64,000 nt of DNA from the human T2T-CHM13v2.0 reference genome, Homo sapiens: contig CP086569.2 in the NCBI GenBank assembly GCA_009914755.4, positions 4,928,001 to 4,992,000 of the forward strand. The letters run 5' to 3'. The position numbers and the translations under genes were made by a program. How positions within the stretch are numbered: the first letter of the stretch is position 1; every line of letters begins with the position of its first letter. Below the pieces are notes generated by a model that was given only the letters and a program-made list of their open reading frames with translations, was not told the DNA's origin and did not search any database. Of the stretch, positions 41,082-55,571 are shown one piece after another.

Positions 41082-41288
41082 TGGGGGTGCACTCCAGGAT
41101 CTGAGGGGTAAACTTCAGGAGGCTGAGGGTGGACCCAAGGAGCTGCAGGATGGATTCCAGAAGCTTACAGGTGGTCTCTGGGAGGCTGGGCATTGAACCC
41201 CATTGCCTGAGGGTGGATCCCTGGGGCTCGTGGGTATGCTCCTGGGGCCTGGGGGTAAACTACAGGGGCTGATGGATGCACACCATCC
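41082..41288. repeat. Unclassified G-rich minisatellite-like block, ~9 degenerate units of ~21-22 bp (consensus roughly GGTGGAYCCCAGGRGCTGAG)
   Basis: gggggtgcactccaggatctgag | gggtaaacttcaggaggctgag | ggtggacccaaggagctgcag | gatggattccagaagcttacag | gtggtctctgggaggctgggcattgaaccccattgcctgag | ggtggatccctggggctcgtg | ggtatgctcctggggcctgg | gggtaaactacaggggctgatg. Confidence 0.6.
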
Positions 41289-42943
41289 ATGTTGTTGCAA
41301 ATGACTGGATGATCTCATTCTTTTTTTATGGCTGAATAGTACCCCATTGTGGATAAGTGTCACATTTTCCTTATTCATTCATCCCTTGATGGATACTTAG
41401 GTTGCTTCTAAATCTTGGCTATTGTGAATAGTGTTGCAACAAACATGGGAGTGCGGATATCACTTTGTTATACTGCGGATATCACTTTGATACACTTATA
41501 TATCCCTTTTGGATATATACCCAATAGTGAGATTGCTGGATTTTATGGTAACTTTATTTTTAGTTTTTTTGATGAACCTCCAAACTTTTCTTCATAGTAG
41601 TTGTACTAATTTACATTCCCACCAACAATGTACAAAGGTTTTCTTTTCTCCACATCCTTACCAGCATTTGTTATTGCCTGACTTTTGGATAAAACCCACT
41701 TAAATTGGGTGATGTCTCATTGTAGTTTTGATTTAAATTTCTCTGAGGATCAATGATGTTGAGCACTTTTTATATGCCTGTTTGCCATTTCTATTCAGAA
41801 ATGTCTATTCAAATCTTTTGCCCATTTTTAATTGGATTGTTAGATTTTTTTTCCTCTAGAGTTGTTTGAGCTCCTTATATATTCTGATTATGAATCTCTT
41901 GTCAGATGGATAGTTTCCAAATAGTTTCTCCCTTTCTCTGGGCTGTCTCCTCACTTAGTTGATAATATATTTTGCTGTGCAGAAGCTTTTTAACTTGATG
42001 TGATTCCATTTGTCCATTTTGCTTTGGTTGCCTGTGCTTCTGGGATATGACTGAAGAAGTTTTTGCCCAGAACAATGTCTTAGAGAGTTTCTCCAAAGTT
42101 TTCTTGTAGTACTTTCATAGTCTTAGATTTAAGTCTTTTCATTGATTTTGATTTGATATTTTTGTAAGGTGAGAGACAGAGATCAAGTTTCATTCTTCTG
42201 ACTACGAATATCCAGTTTTTCCAGCATCATCCATTGAAGAAACTGACTTTTCTCTAGTGTATGTTCTTGGTACCTTTGTCAAAAATGAATTCACTGCAGG
42301 TGTATGGATTTGTTTCTGAGTTGTCTGTGCTGTTCCATTGATCTGTGTGTCTTTTTATGCTGGTACCATGCTGTTTTGGTTATTATAGCTTCATAGTATA
42401 ATTTGAAGTCAAGTAATATGATTCCTGTAGTGTTGTTCCTTGTGATCAGGATGGGTTTGGCTATTATGAGTCACTTGTGATTCCATATACCTTTTAGAAT
42501 TATTTTTTTTTCCATTTGTGTGAAAAATGTCATTGGTATTTTGCATTGAATCTGTAAATTCCTTTGGGTAGCATGGACATTTTAACAATATTGGCTCTTG
42601 TGATTGATGAGCATGGAATATCTTGAATTTTTGTGTCCTCTTTGTTTCATCTGTGCTTCATGGTATTAATTATAAAGATCCTTCACTTCTTTGGATAAGT
42701 TAATTCCTAGGTATTTCATTTTATTTGTAGCCCTTGTAAATGGGATTACTTTTTTATTTCTTTTTCAAGTTGTTCACTGTTCGCATATAGAAATACTTCT
42801 GATTTTTTTGGCTTAATTTTGTATCCTGCAACTATACTGAATTTATTTATCAGTTCTAATTGTTATTCGGTGGCGTCTTTTGGTTTTTCCAACAGTAAGA
42901 TCGTTATCAACTGCAAAGATAAATAATTTCACTTCTTCCTTTA

Positions 42944-43268
<325 letters not shown>

Positions 43269-44632
43269 AAATTTGGATGTCCTTTATTTCCTTCTCTTTT
43301 CTGATTGCTCTAGCTAGCACTTCTCATGCTATGTTGAATAATAGTGGTGAAAGTGGGTATCCTTGTCATGTTCCAAATATAAGAAGTAAGGCTTTCAGTT
43401 TTTCCCCATTAACTATAATATTAGACTTAGGTCTGTCATTTATTGCTATTATTATGTTGAGATACGTTCCTTCTATACCTAGTTTTTGAGGGTTTTTATC
43501 AGGAAGAGGTGTTTAATTTTATCAAATGCTTTTTAGCATCAATTGAGATAACCATATGGTTTTTGTCCTTCATTCTGTCGATATGACATATCACATTGAT
43601 TTGTGTATGTGGAGTCATCTTTGCATCCTTGTGATAAATCCCACTTGGTTATGATGAATGCTCTATTTAATATATTGTCTAATTCAGTTTGTAGTATTTT
43701 ATTTAAGATTTTTGCATCAATATTCAGGAGAGATATTGGCCTGTAGTTTCCTTTTTTTGATACGTTTGTCTGGCATCTTCTTTTGGTATCAGGGTAATAC
43801 TGGCCACGTTGAATGAGTTTGGCAACAGTCCCTCTTCCTCTATTTTTTGAAAAGTTTGAGTAGAATTGGTACTAGCTCTTCTTTAAATGTCTGGTAGAAT
43901 TCAGCAGTGAAGCCAGCAGGTTTCAGGCTTTTCTTTCCTGGGAGACTTTTTCTTTAGAGCTTCGATCTTGTTACTTGTTATTGGTCTGTTCAGGTTTGGG
44001 ATTTCTTCATGATTCCATGTTGGTAGGTTGTATGTGTCTAGGAATTTATCTATTTCTTCTAGGTTTTCCAATTTAAAGGCATGTAGTTGCTCACAGTAAC
44101 CACTGATGATTCTTTGAATTTGTGGTATCCATTGTAATGTCTCCTTTTTCATCTCTGATTTTATTTATTTTTGTCTTTCCTTTTCTTAGTCGGGCTACAG
44201 ATTAGTAAATTTTGATTATATTTTCAAAGAAACCAACTTTTCGTTTCATTGATCTTCTATGTTGTTTTCCTCATTTCAAGTTCATTTAATTGTTCTGATC
44301 TTTATTAATTTCTTTTCTTCTATAATAAGTTTGTATTGAGTTTGTTCTTGCTTTTCTAGTTCTCTAAGATGCATCACTGAGTTATTTATTTGAAGGGTTT
44401 TTGTTTGTTTGTTTTTATGTAGGCATTTACAGTTATCAGTCTCCCCCTTAGTACTGCTTTTGCTGTATTCCAAAGATTTTGGTATATTGTGTTTCCATTT
44501 TCAGTTGTTTTGAGAAATTTTTAAATTTTCTTCTTAATTTCTTTATTGACCCACTGACTCACTGATCATTTAGGAACATATTGTTTAGTTTCCATGTGTT
44601 TTTATAGCTTCCACAATTCCTCTGGTTATTGA

Positions 44633-44980
<348 letters not shown>

Positions 44981-45810
44981 TGATATTGTTTCAATTTTTT
45001 GAATGTTTTAAGACTAGTTTTGTGACTTATTATATGGTCTGTCATTGAGAATGATCCATGTGCAGGGGAGAAAAAAATGTGCATTCTGTAGCTGTTTGAT
45101 GAAATGTTCTGTAAATATTAGTTCCATTTGTTCTACTATGCAGATTAAATCTGAAGTTTCTTTGTTGATTTTCTGTGTGGAATATCTGTCCAATCCTGAA
45201 AGCGGGGTGAAGTCTCTAACTATTATTGTATTAGGGTATATCACTCTCTTCAGCTCTAGTAATACTTGTTTTACATGTCTTGGTGTGCCAGTGTTGGGTG
45301 CATATATGTTTACAAATGTTAAATCTTCTTGTGGAATTGACCCCTTTATCATTGTATAATGACCATTATTGTGTTTTATACTTTTCGTCTTTAAATCTGT
45401 TTTGTCTAATGTCACTATACATACTCCTGCTCTTTTTTGGTTTATATTGGCATGGAATATCTTTTTCCATCTTTTTTTTTAGTGTGTGTTTATCTTTATA
45501 GGTGAAATGTGTTTCTTGTAGGCAACAGGTCATTGGGTCTTCTTTTGTTTAATCAGTTCAGCCACTCTGTCTTTTGATTGGAGAGTTTATTTTATTTACA
45601 TTCAATATTATTATTGATAAGTAGGTACCTACTCCTGCCATTTTGTTATTTATTTTCAATTATTTTGCGGTCTTTTTTTCTGCCTTACTGTCTTCCTTTT
45701 CTCTGGTGGTATTCTTTAACTTCTTGCTTTTTAGTTTTTGTGTATCCATTGTATGATTTTTGCTTTGAGATTACCATGAGGCTTGCAACTATTATCTTAA
45801 AACTGATATT

Positions 45811-46100
45811 ATTTTTTTGAGACAAAGTCTCGCTCTGTCACCCAGGCTGGAGTGCAGTGGCACGATTTTGACTCATTACAACCTCCACCTCCTGGGTTCA
45901 AGTGATTATTTTGCCTCAGCCCCGCAAGTAGCTGGGATTACAGACATGCACTACCATGCCCATCCAATTTTTGTATTTTTAGTAGAGACAGGGTTTTGTC
46001 ACGTTGGCCAGGCTGATCTCAAACTCCTGACCTCAGGTGATCTGCCTGCCTCGGCCTCCCAAAGCACTAGCCAGGATTACAGTCTTGAGCCACAGCAACC
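45811..46100 (-). mobile_element. Alu SINE nested in L1 no.2
   Basis: tttttttgagacaaagtctcgctctgtcacccaggctggagtgcagtggcacgattttgactcattacaacctccacctcctgggttcaagtgatt…ggattacagtcttgagccacagcaacc. TSD aac[t/c]tgat. Confidence 0.88.
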
Positions 46101-46922
46101 AACCTGATTTTTTAAATGGATAACAATAACACTGATTGCATAAACAAACATGCAAAAAAAAAAACTAATAAAAACTCTACACTTTAACTTCATCCCCCCA
46201 TTATTTTAACTTTTTATTGTTTTTCTTTATGTCTTATTTTGCTGTGTCTTGCAAAAATGTTGGAGTTATTATTTTTGATTGGTTCATAATTTATTCTTTC
46301 TATTTAGAGTAAGAGTAGTTCACACACCACCATTACAGTGTTATACTCGTCTGTGTTTTTCTCTGTACTTACTATTAATATTCCCCATGAGTTTTGTATC
46401 TTCAAGTGATTTCTCCTTGCTCATTATCATCCTTTTCTTTTAGATTGGAGATTTCCCTTTAGTATTTCTTATAGGACATGAAATCCCTCAGGTTTTGGTT
46501 GTGTGGGAAGGGCTTTATTTCTCCTTCATGCTTACAGAATATTTTCACAAGATATACTATTCTAGAATAAAAATTTTATTTCCTTCAACAGTGTAAATAT
46601 GTCATTCCACTCTCTCTTGTCCTGTAAGGTTTCTACTGAAAAGTTTGATGCAAGATGTATTGGAGCTTCAATGTATGTTATTTGTTTCTTTTCTCTTGCT
46701 GCTTTTAGGATCCTTTCTTTATCCTTAACCTTTTGGAGTTTGATTATTAAATGCCTTGAGGTGATCTCCTTCAGGTTAAATCTGCTTGGTATTCTGTAAC
46801 TTTCTTGTACTTGAGTGTTAATATCTTTCTCTAGGTTTGGAAAGTTTTCTAATATTATCCATTTGAATATACTTTCTACCCCTGTTTCTTTTTCTACCTC
46901 CTCTTTAAGGCCAGTAACTCTT

Positions 46923-47236
<314 letters not shown>

Positions 47237-50200
47237 TTATATGTGCCCTTTTTAGGCTATTTCCTAGATCTTGTAGGCATGCTTCATAGTTTTTTATTCT
47301 TTTTTCTTTTGTCTCCTCTGACTGTGTATTTTTAAATAACCTGTCTTCAAGCTCACTAATTCTTTGTCTGCTTGATCACGTGTGCTATTAAGAGAATCTG
47401 ATGCATTATTCAGCATGTCAGTTGCATCTTTCCACTCTAGAATTGTTGGATTTATCTGATAAAATTCTGAATTCCTTCTCTGTGTTATCTTGAATTTCTT
47501 TGATTTTCCTCAAAACAGCTTTTTTGAATTATCTCTCTGAAACATCATATATCTCTCTTTCTCCAGGATTGGTCCCTGGTGCCTCATTTAGTTCATATGA
47601 TGATGTCACATTTTCCTGGATGGTATTGATATTTGTAAGTGTTCATCGGTGTCTGGGCATTAAAGAGAGTTAGATATTTATTGTAGTTTTCAGTGTCTGG
47701 GCTTGTTTTTCCCTATCCTTATAGGGAAGACTTTCTAGGAATTTGAAGGGACCTGGGCTCCAAGTCTAATAATGCTGTGGTTCTTGCAGACTCATAGAGG
47801 TACCTCTTTGGTAGTCTTGGATAATATCTGGAAGAATTCTTGGAATCACCAGGCAGAGAGTATGCTCTTTTCTCTTGCTTTCTCTCAAACAAATGAAGTC
47901 TCTTTTCCTGTGCTGAGCTGTCTGCAACTGGGGGTGTGGTGATGCAAGCACCTCTGTGGCCACTACCACTGGGACTTTGCTAGGTCATTCCTGAAGCCAG
48001 CACAGTTCTGGCCCTTGCCCATGGCCTTCTCTTCAGGGTGGCAAGTTCCTATAAGCCCAGTGATGCTTTCTTAGAGCCAGGGATTATTCTATTCTACTGC
48101 GGCTAAGCTTGCCCTCAAACCACAATACAAAGTCCTTCCCACTGTTCTCTTCCCTTTCCACAGGCAGAGGAGCCTCTCCCTGTGGCCAGCAGTACACCAG
48201 TCCATGGGGGATTTCTTCCAGGCCACCGCTTATGTTCCCTTAAAGCCCAAGACCTCTTGCATCAGCCTGTGGTGAATGCAGCCAGGCTTGAACTCACCCT
48301 TTATGGCAATGGACTCCCTCTGGCCAAGGGCATGTCTAGAAATGCTGTCCAAGAGCCTAGGCGTGAACTCAGGAACCCCAAAAGACTGCTTGTTGCTCTA
48401 CCCCACTGTGGCCAAGCTGGTATCTAGGGTGCAAAACAAAGTCCCTTTTGCAGTTCCCACTGCTTTTCTCAAGCAGAAGGAGTTTTGCCCTATAACCACC
48501 ACTGCTGATAGTGCGCTGAGTTTCCCTGAAGCCATCACATCTCAGAGGCTCACTAAGACCTTCGTGTAGTACCTGGGTATCACTGCTGATTATTCAGAGC
48601 CCAAGGGCTCTTCAGTTAACAGGTGATAAATGCTGACAGGACTGCATCCTTTCCTTCAAGGCAGAAGGTTCCCTTTTGACCCAGGATGTGTCTAGAAATA
48701 CCATGTCGGAGCTAAGGCTTGGAATGAGACCTTCTTGAATGTGCCCAGTGCCCTGTCCTACTGTGGCTGAGCTGGTATCTATGATGCAATACAAAGTCTT
48801 CTTTATTCTTCATTCTCCTCTTGTTAAACAGAAAGTAGGAGTCCCTTTCATTGTTATGAGCCACACTGCCTGGGGTAGGGGGTGGCATGGTGCAAGCACT
48901 CCCATAGCCTCACCAGCTAGTGTCTCCTTAGGACACATGCCACTCTGTTCACTGGCTCTAGGTCGAGCCTAGCACAAGGAGTTCCCTAGGAATTGCAGAC
49001 CTTGTTTCCTAGACTGCTTTTCAAGTATATCAAAGATCCTAGAGTACATTAGCTTGTGGTGGCAAGGCTTGATGGGAAACCCAAGTTCCAACAACTGGGA
49101 TGGCAGATTCCCCTCTGACTAGGGCTGGTCCAAATGCTCCTTCTGTGCATGAGTGCTGGCTGAGTTCGGCATTTATTTATTTACTGTGACAGGGTAGCAC
49201 TGAGTTCAATGTAAAGTCTCCCAGTCACTGCTCTCTGTCTTCCCAAAATGCACATATTCTTTCTCCATACCTCGTGGCCACAACCAGGGGCTGGGGGAAG
49301 GGTGGCATCAGTGATTCAAGACTGTCTCTTCTGCCCTCCTCAATGCTTCTTTCCAGGTTATGAAGTTAAAGCCGTGTACTATGATTGCTTACCTGATTTT
49401 TAGTTCTTGTGATGGTGCTTTTCTGTGTGTAGATAAAATTTGGTGTTGCAGCGGGGGAAATGGTAAGTATAGGCTTCTATTCCATCATCTTGCTCTGCCT
49501 TCTCTTTACAACTGTGGCAATATTCGTTGCAGAAGAGTGTGTATTGTCCTTTTACTTTAAGCCTACGCTGAAAATGAGAGAGACAATTCTCATTCCATAT
49601 CTAATACAATGAGTGGAAACTGGAAAGCTAACTGGTAAAAGGAGTGAGAATAAGATAAGATATCTTACCATGTTTCATCCACCTTACCTAATTTATAGTC
49701 TCTAAATATCTGCAGAGCATTTATACAGGAACCTGGAGGCAATGGAAGAGCAATATACTTGTATGTATGAATATATGCAGGATAGATTTTCAGATGAATA
49801 GGTAACTGATGGTCATTGTTGAATGGGTCAGTTCTTTAGGGGTAGTAGGAGTCTAAATGAGGCAAGTAGCACCTTTAATGATGAGACAGTTAATCCGGAT
49901 ATTTCAACAAAGATGGGGGTGGTTTGTTTTGTACAGAAAAATAGTTAAATGACTAGAATACTGGGAGGCCGTACCCATTTTGGAATTGTAACAGGAGAAT
50001 CTGATTTAGACTCATCCAGGTAGGATAAAAGCTGGCTATAAACATGTGTAGGACAATGTCAAGGTGCTGTTTGCAAGTGTTTCATGTGTGCATGATAGAA
50101 TACAATTTGATGCTCACCAAGTTCATTTATTTTCTTTTCTTATGATGCATCATTTACACGTGGTCATTCAAAGATGCTTTGTTTCCATTAGATATGTTTA

Positions 50201-51934
50201 TAAAAGCATGATTTTATAATAATCTGAATTAGAATGACCTGGGGAGCATGTTAAAAGTAAAATGTTCCTTTAGGTGGCTCTTGGATCCACAATAAGAAAT
50301 ATCTATCTCTTTAATTCCTTTTTGCCAATATGCTACTTTGTACATAATACTTCTGTAATGAAAGACATTTTTAGACCAAACTGTCATTGGGCATTGGAAA
50401 AGTACAAAAACGATGGCAGTTTTTCTATATTCTGATAAAGTGAAGTTAAAGTGAGACCAGATTAAAAGATACGATTCAGTTTCATATAGAAAATAAGGCT
50501 TGTGGTAGTAAAGTTAGACATTTTCAGAAAATGCAAATGAATTTATTTATGTCTGAAAATGAAGAGGAAAAACAAACCTCCATGTTTCCTATTTTACACA
50601 TTCATCTAGTTTTAAAAGCTATAAATATACTAGTGCATCTTTAATCATACAATTTTTTTCTTAGTGTGCTTCAATACTCATTTTTATGTTATGTGAAAAA
50701 AAAATTTGTTCTATTCATTCACCTATTGACCACTCAATTTAGCTTATAGGAAAATATAGATATTTGTGTGAAACTATAGTTATAGAGACAGAAATCAGAG
50801 ATGGAAACAATGCAACAGATCATTTCATTTTTTAACAGTCAATATTTTTTCACATAATACACTTAGAGAATTTTTCTTACCCAATATTTAATTTCATGAG
50901 TAATGAATCATTTATTAATTTGTAAAGTGTTAATTCCAGCTGAAATTGTCATTTTATTTTCTCTATTTAGATAAATTACTTTTCTTTTTTTTTGTTTTCC
51001 TTTCTTAATATTATTCCATCGCTCAAAATTCTATCTATCCTGGGGTTAAATGCAATGTGTGTGCTATATCACATACAGAGAATTTACCGACAATAGCAGC
51101 CTTTCCAAGCCCTGTCTCTGTAACTAACCACTCCATGGGTATAGAGCTCACAGGTAAAAATTGATATAAGGAATGAAGCAAAACAAAGTTGCACAATATT
51201 TGCATGGGGATACTTTTATTCTTAGTGGTAATTACACAGAGGGATTGTGTTCTCCTTCTTGCAATACTGGATTCTAGATTCAAAAATACTTGAAATGCTT
51301 TTTCTGGTTTCTACCTGCATCTCACGAGGCCTCTATTGGAATTCTATAATAACCAGCCATGGTATTTCCGTAGGTCAGTGGGTCTCTGAAACTTTTAGTG
51401 TTCAGGAAACTCATCTGAGGCTCTTGAAAGCATGTTGATTTCAAGGTTCCACAGCTAGAAACAGCAATTTGGCAGGTCAGAAGTAAAGTTCAGGAAACTA
51501 CGTTGTTAACAGGTACCTCAGCACCTTTGAATGCAGGTGGCTTTTGAACTTAGCTTTGAGAAACACTGATTTCAGCTATGCCTACCCTGAGCAAATACCT
51601 AGTATGGGATTTTTATTTGAATGAACAAATCATATTCACCTTTGTGGCATACAGTGTGTTGAATTGAAACAAAGAAGCAAAATGAGCTTTCATAAAGTGA
51701 CTCAGACTAGGTATTATTTTAATGACTTTTTACAAATTATGTGAGCAATCTTCAGTTTGTTCAAGGGTATTTTAGTTTTCTTGGACTTAAATAAAGTTTC
51801 TATTTCAGAATCATTCTGCTTCTTTAAAAGAAAAACTATCCAGATCCACAAAATTTACTCGTAAGAACTGAACAAGTTTCAATCACCTTTTTAATCTGAT
51901 TAAATCCTCACAAAAATTCAGTGTGAATAACTAT

Positions 51935-52030
51935 CACCTTTTCATTTTACACATGGGGAAATTGAGCTCTATTATGATCAATTTCCCCAAGACATGCATT
52001 TAGTAAGCACAAATCCTGCCTCAAATATGT
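51935..52030 (-). mobile_element. Possible MIR fragment
   Basis: cattttacacatggggaaattgagctc…tttccccaagacatgcatttagtaagcacaaatcctgcctc matches the reverse complement of the MIR core (attttacagatgaggaaactgaggc…ttgcccaaggtcacacagctagtaagtggcagagccggg). Confidence 0.4.
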
Positions 52031-53737
52031 TTACTTCAGACCATAACTTGTTTTCTTTCCACTGTACTAGGCAGTAGTGTACAAAAACATCAAGCATAAT
52101 ACCTAGAGGCTGTGGAAAGGTACTTCTTGTTGGTATGCCATGCCTTAATAAGGAAATGAAGGTATAGTAAGACTTTGGTAAAATTAATTGCATTGGAAGA
52201 GATGCCTGAACTCTCCTTGTGATTGCAATTATTTATCTGAGTGGGCATGGGAGAGACAGAGAAATTGGTAGTAAAAGATAAAGAGAAAAAATTCCGTGTA
52301 AGGAAATATGTTAGCCGCTAGCCCAAACATTCTTTCAATGACAGCAGGTTTATGGTCTCTAAAAAAGGTCTTGCATCATTTTACTTGAATTCTTTTTATA
52401 ACATTTTGCATGTCTCTGAGAGAAAACCAATGAGAGACCACAGCAATTTTTTGTAATTGTTATGATCAAGTGAAGATGTGCCAAACTTCCTAGTGCAATG
52501 TAGTGAGAGGCCAATGTTTATCACCCAGAAAGGGAAGCAAAAGACTCAGCTATAGTTTGTTCAGAAATCCTTCCAGTAAGGTCTGTGATCGATTAAATAG
52601 TTTCTCTGTTGGGTTTTACTGAGATCAAACTTTGATGCTCACAATGTAGAATAGACGTGTTAAATGGGTTGGGACAGGATAAGAATCATAAAGGCATGAT
52701 TACACCAAAAGGGACAAATAACCAAAATTCCATAGCTTTTGTGGGACTGAGGGTACCCTCATCAAATATGTAAAATCTTTAAGTTATGTTATTTCAGTAA
52801 ATCCAAATTAAGTCATTTATTTTTAATGGCATTTGGCTTTTTTGTTTCCTGACAGTTAATACAATATTCTGAGTTGAATACATAAATACAATAAAATTGA
52901 CTTCTGCCCAGCTGGGTTTATTCAAAATTTCTAGATTCTCAATTTTTATTTTCTGGCACCAAAAATACATAAAAAATCTTTGTGTATTCAAATGATCTCT
53001 TAAACACTAATTTAGACCTAGCATGCTGGAAGTATGTGTTAAAATCATTTGTGAAGAATGTACTTATTTGATAAACAAAGCCTTCTTCACTTGAAATATT
53101 GGAAATAATTTCTGAGTTCCAAAACACTGACATTCAATGAACATTGCCTTTCATTACTTTTGTTAATACATCTTTTTATACACATCATTTGTACAACAAA
53201 ACTGTATAGCATCTATCATGGGCCAAGCATTGTGCTAGGTGCCAGGGAATAATGGTGAGCAAGACAAAAATGGTATTGGCCTTCACAGAGTTTATACTAA
53301 CTTTGAGGACAAAGAGGTAAGCCAGCCCCACAACCACAGTAAACTTTGAAGGTAACCTGATTTTTTTTTCATAGCCTTCACATGATACCCGGAAAGTAGT
53401 AGGCAATCAGTGTATACCTGTTGCATGAATAGAGGAAAACACAGTATAGCTGAAGGAACACCCGAGCAGACGTAAGGAAATATTAATCCTAGCTTTAACT
53501 CTATTGTTGAATGACCATGTAGTATATGCAAAATTGTTTCCACTTCATGAACTTCAGTTTGCTTTAATGTAGAATTAGAGTAGTCAACATTATGAAATTT
53601 ATTTCATGCTACTTCCAACAATATATAACCATATAATACTGAAAATATCATTTTAAATATTTGAATAAAGGCATTTATAATTGCTTGTACAGCAGGCCTC
53701 ATTCCTGTTATCTGCTTATATTAAATGTTTCAAAAAA

Positions 53738-53800
53738 GAAGGAAGGAAGGGAGGAAGGAAGGAAGGAAGGAAGGAAGGAAGGAAGGAAGGAAGGAAGGAA
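53738..53800. repeat. (GGAA)n tetranucleotide microsatellite, ~15 units with one GGGA variant
   Basis: gaaggaaggaagggaggaaggaaggaaggaaggaaggaaggaaggaaggaaggaaggaagc. Confidence 0.9.
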
Positions 53801-55571
53801 GCACAGACATCAATTGCAAACAAACTCATCACAAATCTCACTTCAATTATATAGTGTATAAACTTCTAAAAGTAAGAAACATATAGGAGTATTCCTAGAC
53901 TAGTTTCTTGAGGGAACTTAAACTAAAGCTCAGATCTAAATATTTCCAGTTTGGCAAATTCAGAAATACCTTTATTTCCATTAGTATTTTTGACCTCCCA
54001 AAACTTAAATGAATATTTCACAAATCTTTCATTATAGTAATGAAAAAGGTTAAGTTGTTATTTGTGATCAGATTTAGACTGTCATATTTTGAGTGTCTCG
54101 GTAGGGAAAATAAGTGCTTCATAAAGAATATTACTGTTATTATTAGCCCTATGCTTGTTCCTGGAAACAAAATGGAGTAGTGTTTCCCTGTGGACTCAAT
54201 AGACTATTAAAACTATTGTGGCCGTCTTCTGCATACCTGTTATCACCAGTTATAAAAAAAAATTGTCTCTTTATTGAAAGTTGAACTTCAGGGCTTTTTT
54301 TTTTCTTTTAAGATGAAGATACTGGAAGACTTGGCATCTTTACAATATTTCAGTTTAAACATTCCAAAGGAACTGCTCATGTTGCAAAATATTTATAAAA
54401 TGTTTTATCTAATGTAATTAAATCCCAATAGTACAGAAAGCTTAAATCTTTCTTCATTTTTCTTCTTCATTTTTTACTTTTACAGAGAATATATGCATTT
54501 TAGGCAACTTTTGCTCTACTTTTTGAAACTCAACATTAGATGTGTGTATACAAGTTTTGTTCATTTAGGTAAGTTTTCTTGAAACACGCTTATGATATTT
54601 GCAGGGATAACATCTTCAAGTCATTTTAAGAGTGCTAATCAGTGATTCTTAGGATTTTTGGCAGAATGAGGGTAGTTATAAAAAGGAGCAGCAACACTGT
54701 TTGTATAGCATGGTACCACTCTCTCGATTAACAGTACTTTACATTAAAATTTTGCTCAGCTGAGCAGCTGACTATGCTAATTCTTCAGAGTTGTGTTAAG
54801 CCTTACTCATTTTTTTTCTAAGCCTACTTGCCAGGAATAGCATGAGAAAATGAACATTTTCAAGGTCAGTGAAAATAGGATCACATGGCTGCTTCGTTGA
54901 TATTGTCACTCAGTGTATTTTTGCATGTTTATTTCTCTGGAGGTCTTGATCTGATTGTAGGTGTTTCATGATTTGCTATGCACACACATACTCTCTCACA
55001 CATGCCTATATAGAATTGTCATGAATATCCATTTATCATAATACTTGTTTATTGTTCAATTCCCTAAGTTATAAGAGCCCAAGGAATCTGCTTCTCTCCC
55101 CAGAAAATTAATAACAGCAAAAATTATCAACTTATGATTTGAAGACATCTGTATCTGCTTCCTGTTGCAAATGACAAATGTAGTCATTTGTAATAAATGG
55201 CTACAAACTTAGTGGTTTAAAACAACACAAATTTACAGTTCTGGAGGTTGGAGATCTATAGTGGGCCTCACTGGGATAAAATCAGTGTCAGCAGGCCTGC
55301 ATGGTGCATTGTACACAGTGGGTGCTTCACAGATAGAGTTGATTTTCACTATTTGAGGATTCTGTATTTGCAAATGCCGCTACTCTCTAAAATTTACTTG
55401 TAACCTCACAATCAATATTCATGAAGCTTTTCAGTCATTCACAGACATGGACAGAGCAGCAACAAATGTGATGTGCCTCATGCTCGGGTTTCCAGCTGAG
55501 CTCCAGCAAGGCCCTGCTCTGCCCTGTTCCAGCTCTAATACAGAAATGACCAGAAGATAGAGATGGCAGGA

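Noticed and set aside
45014-45415. 133-aa ORF with a genuine L1 ORF2 endonuclease-like sequence
   Set aside because: The homology to L1 ORF2p is real, but the element is an old L1 with multiple stops and frameshifts and four Alu insertions. It is a decayed remnant, not an intact retrotransposase gene. I annotated it as part of the mobile element.
53738-53800. Possible CRISPR-like or array-like regular repeats, considered also for 41082-41288 and the AAAT run at 40633-40670
   Set aside because: These are eukaryotic micro- or minisatellites: 4-bp and ~21-bp units with no spacer-repeat architecture and no cas genes. The host is a primate genome.
53661-53861. ORF encoding KEGRKEGRKEGRK repeats
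   Set aside because: A translation artefact of the (GGAA)n microsatellite.
55150-55300. Short match to the start of a common human interspersed repeat (…tgtaataaatggctacaaacttagtggtttaaaacaacacaaatttacagttctggaggttggagatctatagtgggcctcactgggataaaatcagtgtcagcagg…)
   Set aside because: I recognise the motif family (cacagttctggaggctggaagtccaa…tcaaggtgtcagcaggg…) but cannot name it confidently from memory. Only ~140 bp match before the sequence diverges, so I left it unannotated rather than guess.
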